Virus genome (UHGV): UHGV-1358694
Strand: one strand, 5' to 3'
DNA length: 42,288 nucleotides
From: a virus
This document shows, one piece after another, positions 15,851-25,765 of this stretch. Position numbers and translations under genes: made by a program. The notes beneath the pieces are model-generated. The model did no database searches. It saw nothing but the letters and a program-made list of their open reading frames with translations, and had not been told where the DNA came from. How positions within the stretch are numbered: position 1 is the stretch's first letter; each line of letters begins with the position of its first letter.

Positions 15851-18319
15851 ATGATTAGCGCCCTGAATACGGTTGTAGTACCAGAGGAAGCACTGGTGAA
15901 ACGCCAGCTGGAGCTTGAAGAGGCCTATAAGATTCGCGGAATCGAGCGGGCACGTAAGCTGATTACGGACGCGTTGCAGAACGGTGGTATTATGAACCTG
16001 CCTATGACGCAGCGTATGCTCACTTCGGCATATGAAGTGGCTGCTGCCGCTATCGATGAGATGCGAAATGTCAAAGCCCCTGGCATTGGTGGGAAGTACC
16101 GCCGGTTCTTGCGCTTAATCCCCTTGGATGTCCTGACCACCCTGAGCCTGTGCACAATGTTTGAGGCGTTCAGCGTCGCCCCTGGCGAGTCCGCCAGTCG
16201 CCGCCAGACTGCGCAGGCGGTAATGTCCGCACTGGGCAGGAACGTACAATCGGAGCTGCTGGCCCTGCAGTTACGCAACGTAGCCCCAGCGTACATGGAC
16301 CGCGTGTATGAGTACCTCACAGAGCGCCGTACGAAGTCCCCTACGCACATCCTGCGTACGCTCCGTGCCAGTGCCGAGAACGTACACTATGGGCACGAGC
16401 CTTGGACCAATGCCCAGAACATCTCCGTAGGGCGTCTGCTGTGTGCTGCGGTGTTTGAGACGGGACTGTTCCAGTGGAAGAACTGTAGCGGTAATCTGAG
16501 CATGCTCTATCCGGCTGACGATGTTATGGAGGCCTTCCAGAAACTGGTAGAGTCCGCTGATACCGTAACCATGAAGCCGCCTATGCTGGTACCGCCGGTG
16601 CAGCACACTACTCTGTGGGATGGTGGGTACCTCACCCCTATCGACAATCGCGGAACCTACCATAACTCGCACATTGACAGAGCTCGTCTCCGTGAAGTAG
16701 CGGAAGCATTTAAGTCCGCGGATGGCATCAAAAAAGCGCTTAATAAGGCACAGGAAACCCCGTACCGTATTAATAAGCGCATACTTGAACTGGTGCAAGA
16801 AGCACGGGCCCTGGGTGTTGGGATAGGTATGCCGCGCTCAGTACCGGAGCCGAAACCGGAGTGGTATCTGGACGGGGTTCCGAAAGAGAATTACACCGAG
16901 GAAGAGCTTGACCGCTTCGGTGAGTGGAAGACGCGTATGTCTCTATGGTACAGCGCCGACCGTAAGCGTGTATCGCAACTGCGCAGCCTTCTGACTACGT
17001 TGGAAATGGCAGAGGAATTCAAAGATGAGAAAGCCCTGTACTTCCCGACTTGTGCGGACTGGCGCTACCGCCTGTACTTCAAGTCCTCGCTGCACCCCCA
17101 AGGTTCTGATTTGCAGAAGGCTCTTCTGGAATTCGGTAGAGGTAAACCTCTTGGAGAGAGAGGGTTGTTCTGGCTTAAAGTGCACGTCGCCACTTGCTTT
17201 GGTTATGACAAAACCCTATTCGAAGACCGCGCATATTGGGTTGATAAAAATATGGCAGTTATCCGTGCAGTTGCAGAGAATCCATTTGATTCAGACGCTT
17301 TTAAGCAGGCCGATTCACCGTGGTGTTTCTTGGCAGCAGTGCTTGACCTGGTGGCTGCTCTGGATTCTCCGTGCCCAGAAGAGTACATCTCCAGAACTCC
17401 GGTTGCTATGGACGCTACGAACTCAGGTGGGCAGCACCTCTCAGCGCTCCTGAGAGACCCTGTGGGCGGTCGTCTGACGAACCTGTACTGGGAGGGTAAC
17501 GACAAGAAAGCGGACCTGTATATGGATGTGAAGCGCCGTACGGACGAGAAGGTGATACTAGACCTGGACAAGGAGGATTTCGTTATCCAGAGCACTTACT
17601 GGAGAGAGAACGAAATCACCCGCAGCATGACCAAGCGCCCCAGTATGACCTACTTCTACAGCGCCACGGTGCGCAGCTGCAGTGACTACATCTTTGAAGG
17701 CGCTTGCGCTGAGGGGTATGAAGGTACCGACACTAACAGTCTATGGAATCTGTCGTGCTACCTGGCTCCGCGTATGCGCGCCGCTATCGAGGAGGCAAAC
17801 CCTGCTGCTGCGGCAGTTATGTCGTACTTGCAGAACCTCGCTAGGCGTGTACCGGCAAGCCAGCACCTGCAGTGGACTACGCCGCTGGGTGGGCTTGTAA
17901 TGAACCGCTACACACAACGTGAGGAGGTGCGGGTACGCATTGACTGCATGAACCTCACCATCATGCGCGTGCATAACCGGGATTTCAAGACCTGCAACAA
18001 GCGCAAGGCAGCCTCCGGGATTGCCCCGAACTTTGTGCATAGCCTGGATAGTACGCACTTGATGATGGTTCTATGTGCAGCTGACGGCCTGGATATTGTG
18101 CCTATTCACGATTCCCTGGCTACTCACGCAGCCGACGTTGACGCTTTGCACCGACACATCCGCGAGCAGTTTGTGCGCCTCTACGAAGAGAATGACCTGC
18201 TTGGGGATATTACTCGCGCAGCAGCAGCTGCCGGGGCGGATTTGACGGGCCTGGATATGCCAGAGGTAGGTACTCTGGACATCCGGCAAGTGCTAGAATC
18301 TCCTTTCTTCTTTTCATAA
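15851..18319 (+). CDS. single-subunit DNA-dependent RNA polymerase (T7/phiKMV-like, 822 aa)
   Basis: Collinear with T7 RNAP: FPTCADWRYRLYF, DATNSGGQHLSALLRDPVGGRLTNL (motif A), RSMTKRPSMTYFYSAT, SGIAPNFVHSLDSTHL, VPIHDSLATHAAD (motif C) and a C-terminal ...ESPFFFS (T7 ...FAFA). Confidence 0.95.
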   Translation: MISALNTVVVPEEALVKRQLELEEAYKIRGIERARKLITDALQNGGIMNLPMTQRMLTSAYEVAAAAIDEMRNVKAPGIGGKYRRFLRLIPLDVLTTLSLCTMFEAFSVAPGESASRRQTAQAVMSALGRNVQSELLALQLRNVAPAYMDRVYEYLTERRTKSPTHILRTLRASAENVHYGHEPWTNAQNISVGRLLCAAVFETGLFQWKNCSGNLSMLYPADDVMEAFQKLVESADTVTMKPPMLVPPVQHTTLWDGGYLTPIDNRGTYHNSHIDRARLREVAEAFKSADGIKKALNKAQETPYRINKRILELVQEARALGVGIGMPRSVPEPKPEWYLDGVPKENYTEEELDRFGEWKTRMSLWYSADRKRVSQLRSLLTTLEMAEEFKDEKALYFPTCADWRYRLYFKSSLHPQGSDLQKALLEFGRGKPLGERGLFWLKVHVATCFGYDKTLFEDRAYWVDKNMAVIRAVAENPFDSDAFKQADSPWCFLAAVLDLVAALDSPCPEEYISRTPVAMDATNSGGQHLSALLRDPVGGRLTNLYWEGNDKKADLYMDVKRRTDEKVILDLDKEDFVIQSTYWRENEITRSMTKRPSMTYFYSATVRSCSDYIFEGACAEGYEGTDTNSLWNLSCYLAPRMRAAIEEANPAAAAVMSYLQNLARRVPASQHLQWTTPLGGLVMNRYTQREEVRVRIDCMNLTIMRVHNRDFKTCNKRKAASGIAPNFVHSLDSTHLMMVLCAADGLDIVPIHDSLATHAADVDALHRHIREQFVRLYEENDLLGDITRAAAAAGADLTGLDMPEVGTLDIRQVLESPFFFS

Positions 18320-18322
18320 AAT

Positions 18323-18342
18323 TTAATGTTACCGGAGTAGGA
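18323..18342 (+). promoter_or_regulatory. Copy A of the recurring motif (ttaatgttaccggagtagga); candidate phage-RNAP promoter heading the structural block
   Basis: It lies in the 23-nt gap between the RNA polymerase stop and the ATG at 18343. The 19 nt from position 2 (taatgttaccggagtagga) recur exactly at 29850-29868. Confidence 0.5.
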
Positions 18343-18783
18343 ATGAAGTTAAAACACACTAGTAAAACTTCCGACTACACTCTCAAGGTTCTGTATAAGT
18401 CCGACGACATTACAGACGCAGTGAAGCAACTGCACGAACTGGGCCACGGCATTAGTCGGGGCCTGGCTCCAGAGCAGCACTACTGGAGGGTGCTGGGAAG
18501 TATACTGGGTAAACAGTATATACTAGGAGTCTATGACTCCCAAGGCGGCTTAGTCGGTGCTGTCAGCTACTACCCAGAAGTTGTAGAGGACTGTCATTAC
18601 GTAGAGCCTGTGCTGTATACAGACTTCTTCGTATTGAAACCGGACAACGGCGCGGCAGTGTCTGTGATTATGCAGGGCCTGCACGCAATAGCCAAGTGCA
18701 TGCGCGCTGGGCGTATCGCCATTAGCCGGGGCACGTCGGATAACACATACAAGACAACTTATCATTTAGTGAGGTCAGAATGA
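18343..18783 (+). CDS. hypothetical protein (146 aa)
   Basis: First gene after the RNA polymerase. The GGAG inside the motif lies 5 nt upstream of the ATG. Confidence 0.6.
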   Translation: MKLKHTSKTSDYTLKVLYKSDDITDAVKQLHELGHGISRGLAPEQHYWRVLGSILGKQYILGVYDSQGGLVGAVSYYPEVVEDCHYVEPVLYTDFFVLKPDNGAAVSVIMQGLHAIAKCMRAGRIAISRGTSDNTYKTTYHLVRSE

Positions 18784-19046
18784 GTGGTGGTAATTTAGGT
18801 AAGCTATTAGGTAAGGCCACGGATATGCTCGGCCTTACTGACAACGCGGGATTAGAGGCGCAGCAGCGCTTGGCAGAGCAACAGGCCAGCGCAGCTAAAC
18901 AACAGGCTGCCTTAGAGGCTAATAGCGCCGCAGATAACATTGCTGAGATTGACCCCGCGGGGGCTGCCTCTGCATCTGCAGATGCAATTACGTCTGAGCA
19001 GAAGAAGCGGCGACAAGCAGGGCAGAGCAATCCTCTGGGCCTGTAA
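18780..19046 (+). CDS. small Ala/Gln-rich virion-associated protein (88 aa)
   Basis: ATGA overlap with the upstream stop. Sits immediately upstream of the portal gene. Confidence 0.5.
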   Translation: MSGGNLGKLLGKATDMLGLTDNAGLEAQQRLAEQQASAAKQQAALEANSAADNIAEIDPAGAASASADAITSEQKKRRQAGQSNPLGL

Positions 19047-19055
19047 GGGGGTAGC

Positions 19056-20651
19056 TTGGAACAAAAAGCAACATTAGCAGAGCTCTTTAAGAAGGACCAG
19101 GATGCAGGCGTATTGGATGCCTCTGAGAAGTTCGCGCAGTGGACTCTTAGCACTATCTTTACCCGGGACGATTCTCTGGATGGTAGACGCAGACCACTGG
19201 AGCGTGACTACCAGAGCACGGGCGCGCAGCTGGTCAACACCGCAGCCACTAAGATTGTAGGTGCGCTGTTCCCCCAGGGCACTAGCTTCTTCCGGTTCTC
19301 CAAGAGTTCGGACCTGGACGAGTTCATTAGTTCGCTGGGCAGTGCTGCTACAGCAGAATCTAAGCTGGCCGAGGTCGAGAACACTGCGTCACAGAAAGTA
19401 TTTGAGAAAGACGGTTATGCTGCGAAGTTGCAAGCTGTGAAGCTGCTGCTGGTTACAGGTAACGCGTTGGAGTATATTGATGAGCGGACAGGTAAATCCA
19501 TCGTCTACTCAGTCCGTAACTTTACCGTTCGAAGGGATGGTAGCGGGAACGTCCTGCGACTCATTATCAGAGAGCGCGCAAGCATCCAGGACCTGCCAGA
19601 AGATTTCCGCGGCACCTTCTACCGTAACAAAGACCCATACGGCGACGTTGATATCTACACTGCCGCTTGTCGCAAAGTTAAGCGGACAGAGGACGGTGCA
19701 GAGGTAGTAAGCTACGAGGTGTACCAAGAAGCAGACGGACACCGCATTGGGGACAGCAGCACCTATCCGGAGCTGGAGCTTCCTTACAACGTGCTAGTGT
19801 GGAACCTTGTTAGTGGCGAGCACTACGGGCGCGGCTTGGTAGAGGACTACGCCGGAGACTTTGCTCGGTTGTCGGTACTATCGGAAGCGTTAACTAACTA
19901 CGAGGTTGAGTCTGCGCGGTTAATCCCGCTGGTTGACGCAAGTTCCGGTCTGGATGTGGACGAGTTCTCAACGTCTGAGACGGGTGAGGCTGTGCAGGTT
20001 GGTGGCGGCGGTTCCAACGGGAATAGCAAATCCCCTGTCACTGCTTACGAGGGCGGCTCTGCCCAGAAGATTCAGTGGATTGCCAGCAACATCCAGATGC
20101 TCGAACAGAAACTGTCTCGTGCGTTTATGTACACCGGTAACTCCCGGCAGGGCGAGCGCGTCACGGCCTACGAGATTCGCCAGAATGCCAAAGAGGCGGA
20201 AGCTGCTATGGGTGGTGGGTTCAGTATCCTGAGCGACACATGGCTGCGTAAGCTGGCGTACCTGTACACTGCACTGGTGTATCCCCGCTTTAAGCTATAC
20301 CTCAGCGAAGGCGTAGTGAATATCAACGTTACTGTGGGTACTTCTGCACTGGCCAAAGCCGCGGCGGCGGACAAGCTGCTAGAGGCGGCACAGTCCATGC
20401 AGCTGGCTATCCCGGTGCTTGAGCAGATTACTCCGCGCTTCAACAAGGATGCGTGTGTAGATTGGTACTTCGACGCCTACGGTATCGTCAGCGAGCCGTT
20501 CATGTACACCGAAGAGCAGCTGCAGCAGAAGCAGCAGGTTCAGGATGCATCTGCCGATACGTCAGCAGGTCTAGCGCAGGACCAACTCCAGGGCTTGACA
20601 GCAGCGGACCCAACAGTAGCGGGTAAGCAGCTGGGCTTATTACCAAGTTAA
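19056..20651 (+). CDS. portal (head-tail connector) protein (T7 gp8-like, 531 aa)
   Basis: Collinear with T7 gp8: AQWTLSTIFTRD (AQYTIPSLFPKD), LLVTGNALEYI...VYSVRNFTVRRDGSGNVLRLI...LPEDFR, GERVTAYEIRQNAKEAEAAMGGGFSILS. TTG start with AAGGGGG upstream. Confidence 0.9.
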   Translation: MEQKATLAELFKKDQDAGVLDASEKFAQWTLSTIFTRDDSLDGRRRPLERDYQSTGAQLVNTAATKIVGALFPQGTSFFRFSKSSDLDEFISSLGSAATAESKLAEVENTASQKVFEKDGYAAKLQAVKLLLVTGNALEYIDERTGKSIVYSVRNFTVRRDGSGNVLRLIIRERASIQDLPEDFRGTFYRNKDPYGDVDIYTAACRKVKRTEDGAEVVSYEVYQEADGHRIGDSSTYPELELPYNVLVWNLVSGEHYGRGLVEDYAGDFARLSVLSEALTNYEVESARLIPLVDASSGLDVDEFSTSETGEAVQVGGGGSNGNSKSPVTAYEGGSAQKIQWIASNIQMLEQKLSRAFMYTGNSRQGERVTAYEIRQNAKEAEAAMGGGFSILSDTWLRKLAYLYTALVYPRFKLYLSEGVVNINVTVGTSALAKAAAADKLLEAAQSMQLAIPVLEQITPRFNKDACVDWYFDAYGIVSEPFMYTEEQLQQKQQVQDASADTSAGLAQDQLQGLTAADPTVAGKQLGLLPS

Positions 20652-20665
20652 CAACAGAGGCATAG

Positions 20666-21508
20666 ATGGATAACGTAGAAAACGGTCAAAACGTAGAAAC
20701 TACACAGGTAGAGAACCAAGGCGGCCCTAAGATTCCGGGCCTAGGTGCTCCCCTTAGCGCCCCGAACAATCAAGGCGTGCAGGATGCACAGACCCCTACC
20801 CAGCAGCAACAGGGCAAAGATTCCCCTGACCCTGCTAAGATTCCTCTGGATATCGAAGCCCTAAAAGCGGCCCTGGATAAGGGTGGCGATAGCGCTAAAG
20901 AGCAGCCCCAGGAGCTGGCTAAGACAGGCAACCCGACGATTGACGCCGGTGTAGCTATGTTGCAGAAAGTCTCTGGGTTAACTGACTCTGATATGGTGCG
21001 GGCACTTGGTAAGGCCCTGGAATATCAGGACCCTAACCTAATCGATACGGCCTTCATTAGGGAACGTTTCGGAGAGCACGCTGCTTATGCAGAGTTGCTG
21101 GCTAAAGCGTACCTGGAAGACCAGGTTGGTCAAGCCACCAAAGCAGTACAGGAAGCTTACGATATCGTGGGCGGTAAGGAGAACTGGGAGGTAGCAGCAC
21201 AGCTGTTTAATTCCAAGGCCCCTGAACCTCTGCGTAACGCAGCTCGTGTACTCGCTAACTCGGGTGAGCTCAAGCAGGCCGCTGAGTTGGTGTCAAGCTT
21301 CTGCCGGGATATGGGTCTTATCAAGACACAGAACCCAATGGTACGCGGTGTAGCCAGCAACAATGCACTGTCTGCTGCGGAATTCCGCGCAGAATATACC
21401 AAACTCCGTCAGGAAGCGGGCAACCGTAGCTTGGCGTCTCCGCAGTTCAGTCAACGTTATAACGATTTGCTCGCACGCCGTGAAGCTGGTAAGCGCGTAG
21501 GTCTTTAA
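20666..21508 (+). CDS. scaffolding protein (280 aa)
   Basis: Position between portal and capsid. Acidic, Gln/Ala-rich and helical. AGAGG 5 nt upstream. Confidence 0.65.
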   Translation: MDNVENGQNVETTQVENQGGPKIPGLGAPLSAPNNQGVQDAQTPTQQQQGKDSPDPAKIPLDIEALKAALDKGGDSAKEQPQELAKTGNPTIDAGVAMLQKVSGLTDSDMVRALGKALEYQDPNLIDTAFIRERFGEHAAYAELLAKAYLEDQVGQATKAVQEAYDIVGGKENWEVAAQLFNSKAPEPLRNAARVLANSGELKQAAELVSSFCRDMGLIKTQNPMVRGVASNNALSAAEFRAEYTKLRQEAGNRSLASPQFSQRYNDLLARREAGKRVGL

Positions 21509-21533
21509 TTTTATTTATAAAGGAAACTAAAGC

Positions 21534-22553
21534 ATGGCCAACACTATTTATAATGGCAACCTGACTCGTCCGCACTGGGGCGGCGCGGCGTCTGACGTAG
21601 ATATTCACCTGGAAGTGTACCAGAACGAAGTGGATACCCGCTTCCAGTACCAGGCTCTGTTCCTGGGCCTCTCCAGCCAGCGCTCTATCAGCGGTTCCAA
21701 CACCTACCGTATTGACCGCCTGAACACCTCCTCGGTGAAGGGCCGTCGCTCTGGTGAGGCACTGGATAGCACCCCGGTCCGTAACGATAAGATGATTATC
21801 GTGGTGGATACGGTGCTGTATATCCGTAACCCTATTGACTACCAGGATGACTGGACCGGTCCGGACTTCCTGACCGAGATGGGTCAGAACAACGGCTCTG
21901 AGTTTGCAGAGACCTTCGACCAGGCGCACCTGATTCAGCTAATCAAGGGGCGTTCTTGGGTTGCTCCGGCGCACCTGAAACCGGCGTTCAACGACGGTAT
22001 CGAGGTAGGTGCAGCTATCCTGGTTCCGGGTACCACTGCCACCACGCAGCTGACTCAGGCTGAGATGGAGGCTAACGCCATGAACATCAACCTGGCGCAC
22101 AAGGCTGGTATTGATGAGCTCATCAAGCGCAAGACCCCGCTGGCGGATATGGTCACTCTGGTGGATGTCGATACCTATTCGCGTCTGCTGGAGCATCCGA
22201 AGCTCCTGAACATCGAATTCGGCCCGTCCAACAACGACGGTTACAAAGACCGCCGTGTAGTGAAGATGAACGGCGTGCCTGTGGTTGAGTGCACCGAGTT
22301 CCCGACCGAGGCCGGTACGCACCCGCTGGGTAGCGCCTACACCGTCACCTCTGACGACGCGCTGTGCCGTATGGTGACTTTCAGCAAGTCCAAGACCCTG
22401 GTGACTGTTGAGGCTAAGCCGTTCACCTCCCGTATCTGGGATGATGAGCGCGAGTTCAGCAACGTACTGGACTGCTACGCGATGTACAACATCGGTCTGC
22501 GTCGTCCGGACACCGCTGCAGTGACCAAGTTCACCTTCACCACCAAGTCCTAA
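21534..22553 (+). CDS. major capsid protein (339 aa)
   Basis: Size and position match T7 gp10A. Biased codon usage typical of a highly expressed gene. A strong terminator follows. Confidence 0.8.
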   Translation: MANTIYNGNLTRPHWGGAASDVDIHLEVYQNEVDTRFQYQALFLGLSSQRSISGSNTYRIDRLNTSSVKGRRSGEALDSTPVRNDKMIIVVDTVLYIRNPIDYQDDWTGPDFLTEMGQNNGSEFAETFDQAHLIQLIKGRSWVAPAHLKPAFNDGIEVGAAILVPGTTATTQLTQAEMEANAMNINLAHKAGIDELIKRKTPLADMVTLVDVDTYSRLLEHPKLLNIEFGPSNNDGYKDRRVVKMNGVPVVECTEFPTEAGTHPLGSAYTVTSDDALCRMVTFSKSKTLVTVEAKPFTSRIWDDEREFSNVLDCYAMYNIGLRRPDTAAVTKFTFTTKS

Positions 22554-22564
22554 TTGGAGGTTCG

Positions 22565-22747
22565 ATGGCAGTAATTGCTACGTTCGGTCTGGAGACTCTC
22601 CAGGCCAATGCAGCTCAGCGGGAGGCGGTTAAGGCCGCCACCGATGTAGCGAAGAACATCCAGGTGGCCTCGGTCGAGTCTGGCCGCAAGGCTACCAAGA
22701 AAACCCGTAAGGCGGCTGACGTAGCCGCTGATACTGTGGAAGAGTAA
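22565..22747 (+). CDS. small protein downstream of the capsid gene (60 aa)
   Basis: GGAGG 5 nt upstream. Lys/Ala-rich. Confidence 0.5.
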   Translation: MAVIATFGLETLQANAAQREAVKAATDVAKNIQVASVESGRKATKKTRKAADVAADTVEE

Positions 22748-22752
22748 TACGC

Positions 22753-22789
22753 GCCCCTGGTGCCTTCGGGTGCCAGGGGCTTTTTTTTT
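22753..22789 (+). terminator. rho-independent terminator with a UUCG tetraloop after the capsid block
   Basis: gcccctggtgcc-ttcg-ggtgccaggggc (12-bp stem with two G.U pairs) followed by T9. Analogous to T7 Tphi after gene 10. Confidence 0.85.
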
Positions 22790-22834
22790 GTCCCTGTCTT
22801 AAAGGTCCAAGGGGTCTTTAATAGAGGAACAAAT

Positions 22835-23395
22835 ATGAGAGAATTAGACGCTGTGAACCTGACGCTGGAAGCCCTTGGGGAATCTCGCGTTATGGACATC
22901 AACACCAGTAACCCAAGCGCAGGGTTAGCTCGCTCTGCGCTTGCACGCAATCGTCGCGGGTTACTCAGCACGGGGTTCTGGTTTAACGTGGTCGAGCGTG
23001 AAGTTACGCCCACCACCGACGGCCTGATTAAGGTGCCGTGGAACCAGCTGGCTGTATATGACGCCTGCTCAGAATCCAAGTACGGGGTACGTGACGGGAA
23101 CCTATACGACCTGGTAGAGCAGAACCAATACTTCGATGCACCTGTGCGTATTCGTGTGGTCCTGGATTTGGCCTTTGAGGACCTGCCGGAGCACGCCGCT
23201 ATGTGGGTGGCTAACTACACCACTGCACAGGTATACTTAAACGACCTGGGTGGCGACAGCAACTACGCTAATTACGCACAGGAAGCTGAGCGGTACAAGA
23301 GCATGGTGCTGCGCGAGCATCTGCGCAATCAGAAGTTCAGCACCAGCAAGACCCGCTTTGCACGCAGAATCCGCCGCGCTCGTTTTATGGTTTAA
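22835..23395 (+). CDS. tail tubular protein A (T7 gp11-like, 186 aa)
   Basis: MRELDAVNLTLEALGESRVMDINTS...RRGLLSTGFWFN is collinear with the T7 gp11 N-terminus. AGAGG 7 nt upstream. The track ORF start at 22760 lies inside the terminator hairpin. Confidence 0.85.
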   Translation: MRELDAVNLTLEALGESRVMDINTSNPSAGLARSALARNRRGLLSTGFWFNVVEREVTPTTDGLIKVPWNQLAVYDACSESKYGVRDGNLYDLVEQNQYFDAPVRIRVVLDLAFEDLPEHAAMWVANYTTAQVYLNDLGGDSNYANYAQEAERYKSMVLREHLRNQKFSTSKTRFARRIRRARFMV

Positions 23396-23404
23396 GGAGA
23401 GTAT

Positions 23405-25765
23405 ATGGCCCAGTCCCTAGAGGGTACCATTCAGAGCCTGCTGCAGGGCGTCTCCCAGCAGGTTCCAAGAGAGCGCCAGCCCGGGCAACTGGGGGCGCAG
23501 CTGAATATGCTCAGCGACCCGGTTTCCGGTATCCGCCGTAGACCGCCGGGTGAGATTGTCTGGGAGAGTACGATCGATAATCCGGGGCTTGATTCCCTGT
23601 TCACTGAATACGTAGAGCGTGGGACTGACGGTAGGCACCTGCTGATTAACACTAGCAACGGTAACTGGTGGCTGTTGGCTAAGAATGGAAAGACTGTCGT
23701 TAACTCTGGCAACGACCCGTACTTTGTTACCACTGTAGGTCAGACCTCTTTGCAGACCGCAAGTATTGCAGGGCTGACGTATATCCTGAATACGGAGATG
23801 TCTCCGGTCACTGCCGTGGACAACACCGGGCGTATCGACCCCAGCACCACTGGGTTCTTCTACGTTAAATCTGCAGCATTCCAGAAACGTTGGAACGTCA
23901 CAGTTACCTCTGCGGGGGTAGATTACTCCGGAGATTATTCCGCCCCGGCTGCTGGTAGCACCAGCGGTAACGCTGAGGAAGTATCAGGTGCCTACGTTGC
24001 TCAGCAACTGCGGGACTCTCTTGTAGCTAATGGGCTGCCAGCAGGGAACGTGAGCGTACGTGGCGCGTACCTGTTCTTCTACGGGTTGAGCAATTGCGTG
24101 GTATCCTCTGACGCGGGTGATACTTACGCTGTGGTGTCCAACCAGTCTCGTGTAGACCAGGAGCAGGACCTGCCTGCTCAGCTCCCCGCAGAAGCCGATG
24201 GGGCAATGTGCCGTGTAGGTACCGCCTCGTCTGAGACAGCGTGGTATCAGTTCAGCTACAGCACCCGCACCTGGTCTGAGGTGGGGGCGTACGGCAGCAT
24301 CACCAAGATTACGAACATGCCCAGAGAGCTCGCCGCGGATGACAACATCATTGCGCGCGATTGGGAGGGGCGCTTAGCTGGTAACGACGATAACAACAGT
24401 AATCCCGGATTCGTCGAGAATGGCTACATCACTGGTATTGCAGCTTTCCAGGGCCGCCTGGTCCTGCTTAGTGGTAGCTCCGTGGATATGTCAGCCTCGG
24501 GCCTGTATCAGCGCTTCTACCGCTCTACTGTGACGTCCTTGCTGGATACGGACCGTATCAGCATTAGCTCTGCGTCTGCCCAGGATTCTGTGTACCGCAC
24601 CGCTGTGCAGTTCAACCGGGACTTGGTTCTGTTTGCTAACAGCATGCAGGCGGTTGTGCCAGGTTCGGCAGTACTTACGCCAACTAACTCAAGTATTAGT
24701 ATTACCAGCACCTACGACTGTGACAGCCGTGTTACCCCGGTAATGGCGGGTCAGACAGTAATTTACCCGAACAAGCGCAACGACAGCTACGCCGGTATTC
24801 TGGAGCTAATCCCATCACCTTACACCGCGGCGCAGTACACTACGCAGGATGCCACGGTACACCTACCCCGGTATATCCCAGGCAGGGTATTGCAGATGCA
24901 AAACTCCAGTGTCACCAATATGGCCTTCTCGCGCATGTCTGGAGAGCGTAATAGCCTGCTGGTCTACGAGTTCATGTGGGGCGGAAGTGATGGCGCTAAG
25001 ATGCAGGCAGCGTGGCATAAATGGTCGTTCCCGTATCCAATCCTGAGCGTACAGGCGCTGGAGGACGAGGTGTTCTTGTACATGCAAGGGCCCAGTCCCA
25101 GCAACAAGCTTTTGATTGTGTCTATGGACCCGCGCGAAGGTTATCAGCTGGGCTCTGAATACCGCGAAGCCTACTCGGATTTGCAGAAGCAAGTTCAAGT
25201 GCAGGACGGGGTGTTCACTGTCCCGTCGGTACTGCGCCCGGTTGGGTGGGCTGACCGTTACAAGGAAGAGCTTATCCTAACGTACTTGCCCAGCAACCCT
25301 ATGGGGCCTACTGAGGTTGGCATCAAGGAGATTGCCGGGGAGAACACCCTACGGGTTGTGCGCGGCGTACCTGATGGCACTTATGTAATCGGTAGACGTT
25401 ACCGCAGTACGTTCACGCTAACTACACCTATTCTACGGGACCAGAATGACAAGCTCGTGGGAAGTGGGCATGTGCGTCTGCTGCGCCTGGACGTGGCAGT
25501 ACGTAACTCCGGGCACTTCGACGTACAGGTACTAGATACCCCGCGGGACGTCAATTGGGGTGGGGAACTGACTGGTATCCTGATGAACTCAAAGGAGCTG
25601 ACGCTTGGGCAGGCTCTGCGTATGGACTTGGCTACGATTACCGTACCCTGCCGCACCAACGCAGACACAACCGAGGTGTCGCTATTTACTGAGGGTTCTA
25701 TGGAGCTGAACGTGCTGGATATCTCGTACATCCTGCGCTACAACCAACGCAGACGGAGGATTTAA
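23405..25765 (+). CDS. tail tubular protein B (T7 gp12-like, 786 aa)
   Basis: MAQSLEGTIQSLLQGVSQQVPRERQPGQLGAQ...RRRPPGEIVW parallels T7 gp12 MALISQSIKNLKGGISQQPDILRYPDQGSRQ...KRPPLVFL. Size matches. Confidence 0.9.
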   Translation: MAQSLEGTIQSLLQGVSQQVPRERQPGQLGAQLNMLSDPVSGIRRRPPGEIVWESTIDNPGLDSLFTEYVERGTDGRHLLINTSNGNWWLLAKNGKTVVNSGNDPYFVTTVGQTSLQTASIAGLTYILNTEMSPVTAVDNTGRIDPSTTGFFYVKSAAFQKRWNVTVTSAGVDYSGDYSAPAAGSTSGNAEEVSGAYVAQQLRDSLVANGLPAGNVSVRGAYLFFYGLSNCVVSSDAGDTYAVVSNQSRVDQEQDLPAQLPAEADGAMCRVGTASSETAWYQFSYSTRTWSEVGAYGSITKITNMPRELAADDNIIARDWEGRLAGNDDNNSNPGFVENGYITGIAAFQGRLVLLSGSSVDMSASGLYQRFYRSTVTSLLDTDRISISSASAQDSVYRTAVQFNRDLVLFANSMQAVVPGSAVLTPTNSSISITSTYDCDSRVTPVMAGQTVIYPNKRNDSYAGILELIPSPYTAAQYTTQDATVHLPRYIPGRVLQMQNSSVTNMAFSRMSGERNSLLVYEFMWGGSDGAKMQAAWHKWSFPYPILSVQALEDEVFLYMQGPSPSNKLLIVSMDPREGYQLGSEYREAYSDLQKQVQVQDGVFTVPSVLRPVGWADRYKEELILTYLPSNPMGPTEVGIKEIAGENTLRVVRGVPDGTYVIGRRYRSTFTLTTPILRDQNDKLVGSGHVRLLRLDVAVRNSGHFDVQVLDTPRDVNWGGELTGILMNSKELTLGQALRMDLATITVPCRTNADTTEVSLFTEGSMELNVLDISYILRYNQRRRRI

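Noticed and set aside
22760-22834. N-terminal extension of tail tubular protein A (track start 22760)
   Set aside because: The extension would begin inside the capsid terminator hairpin and T-tract. The homologous T7 gp11 N-terminus aligns to the internal Met at 22835, which has a good RBS.
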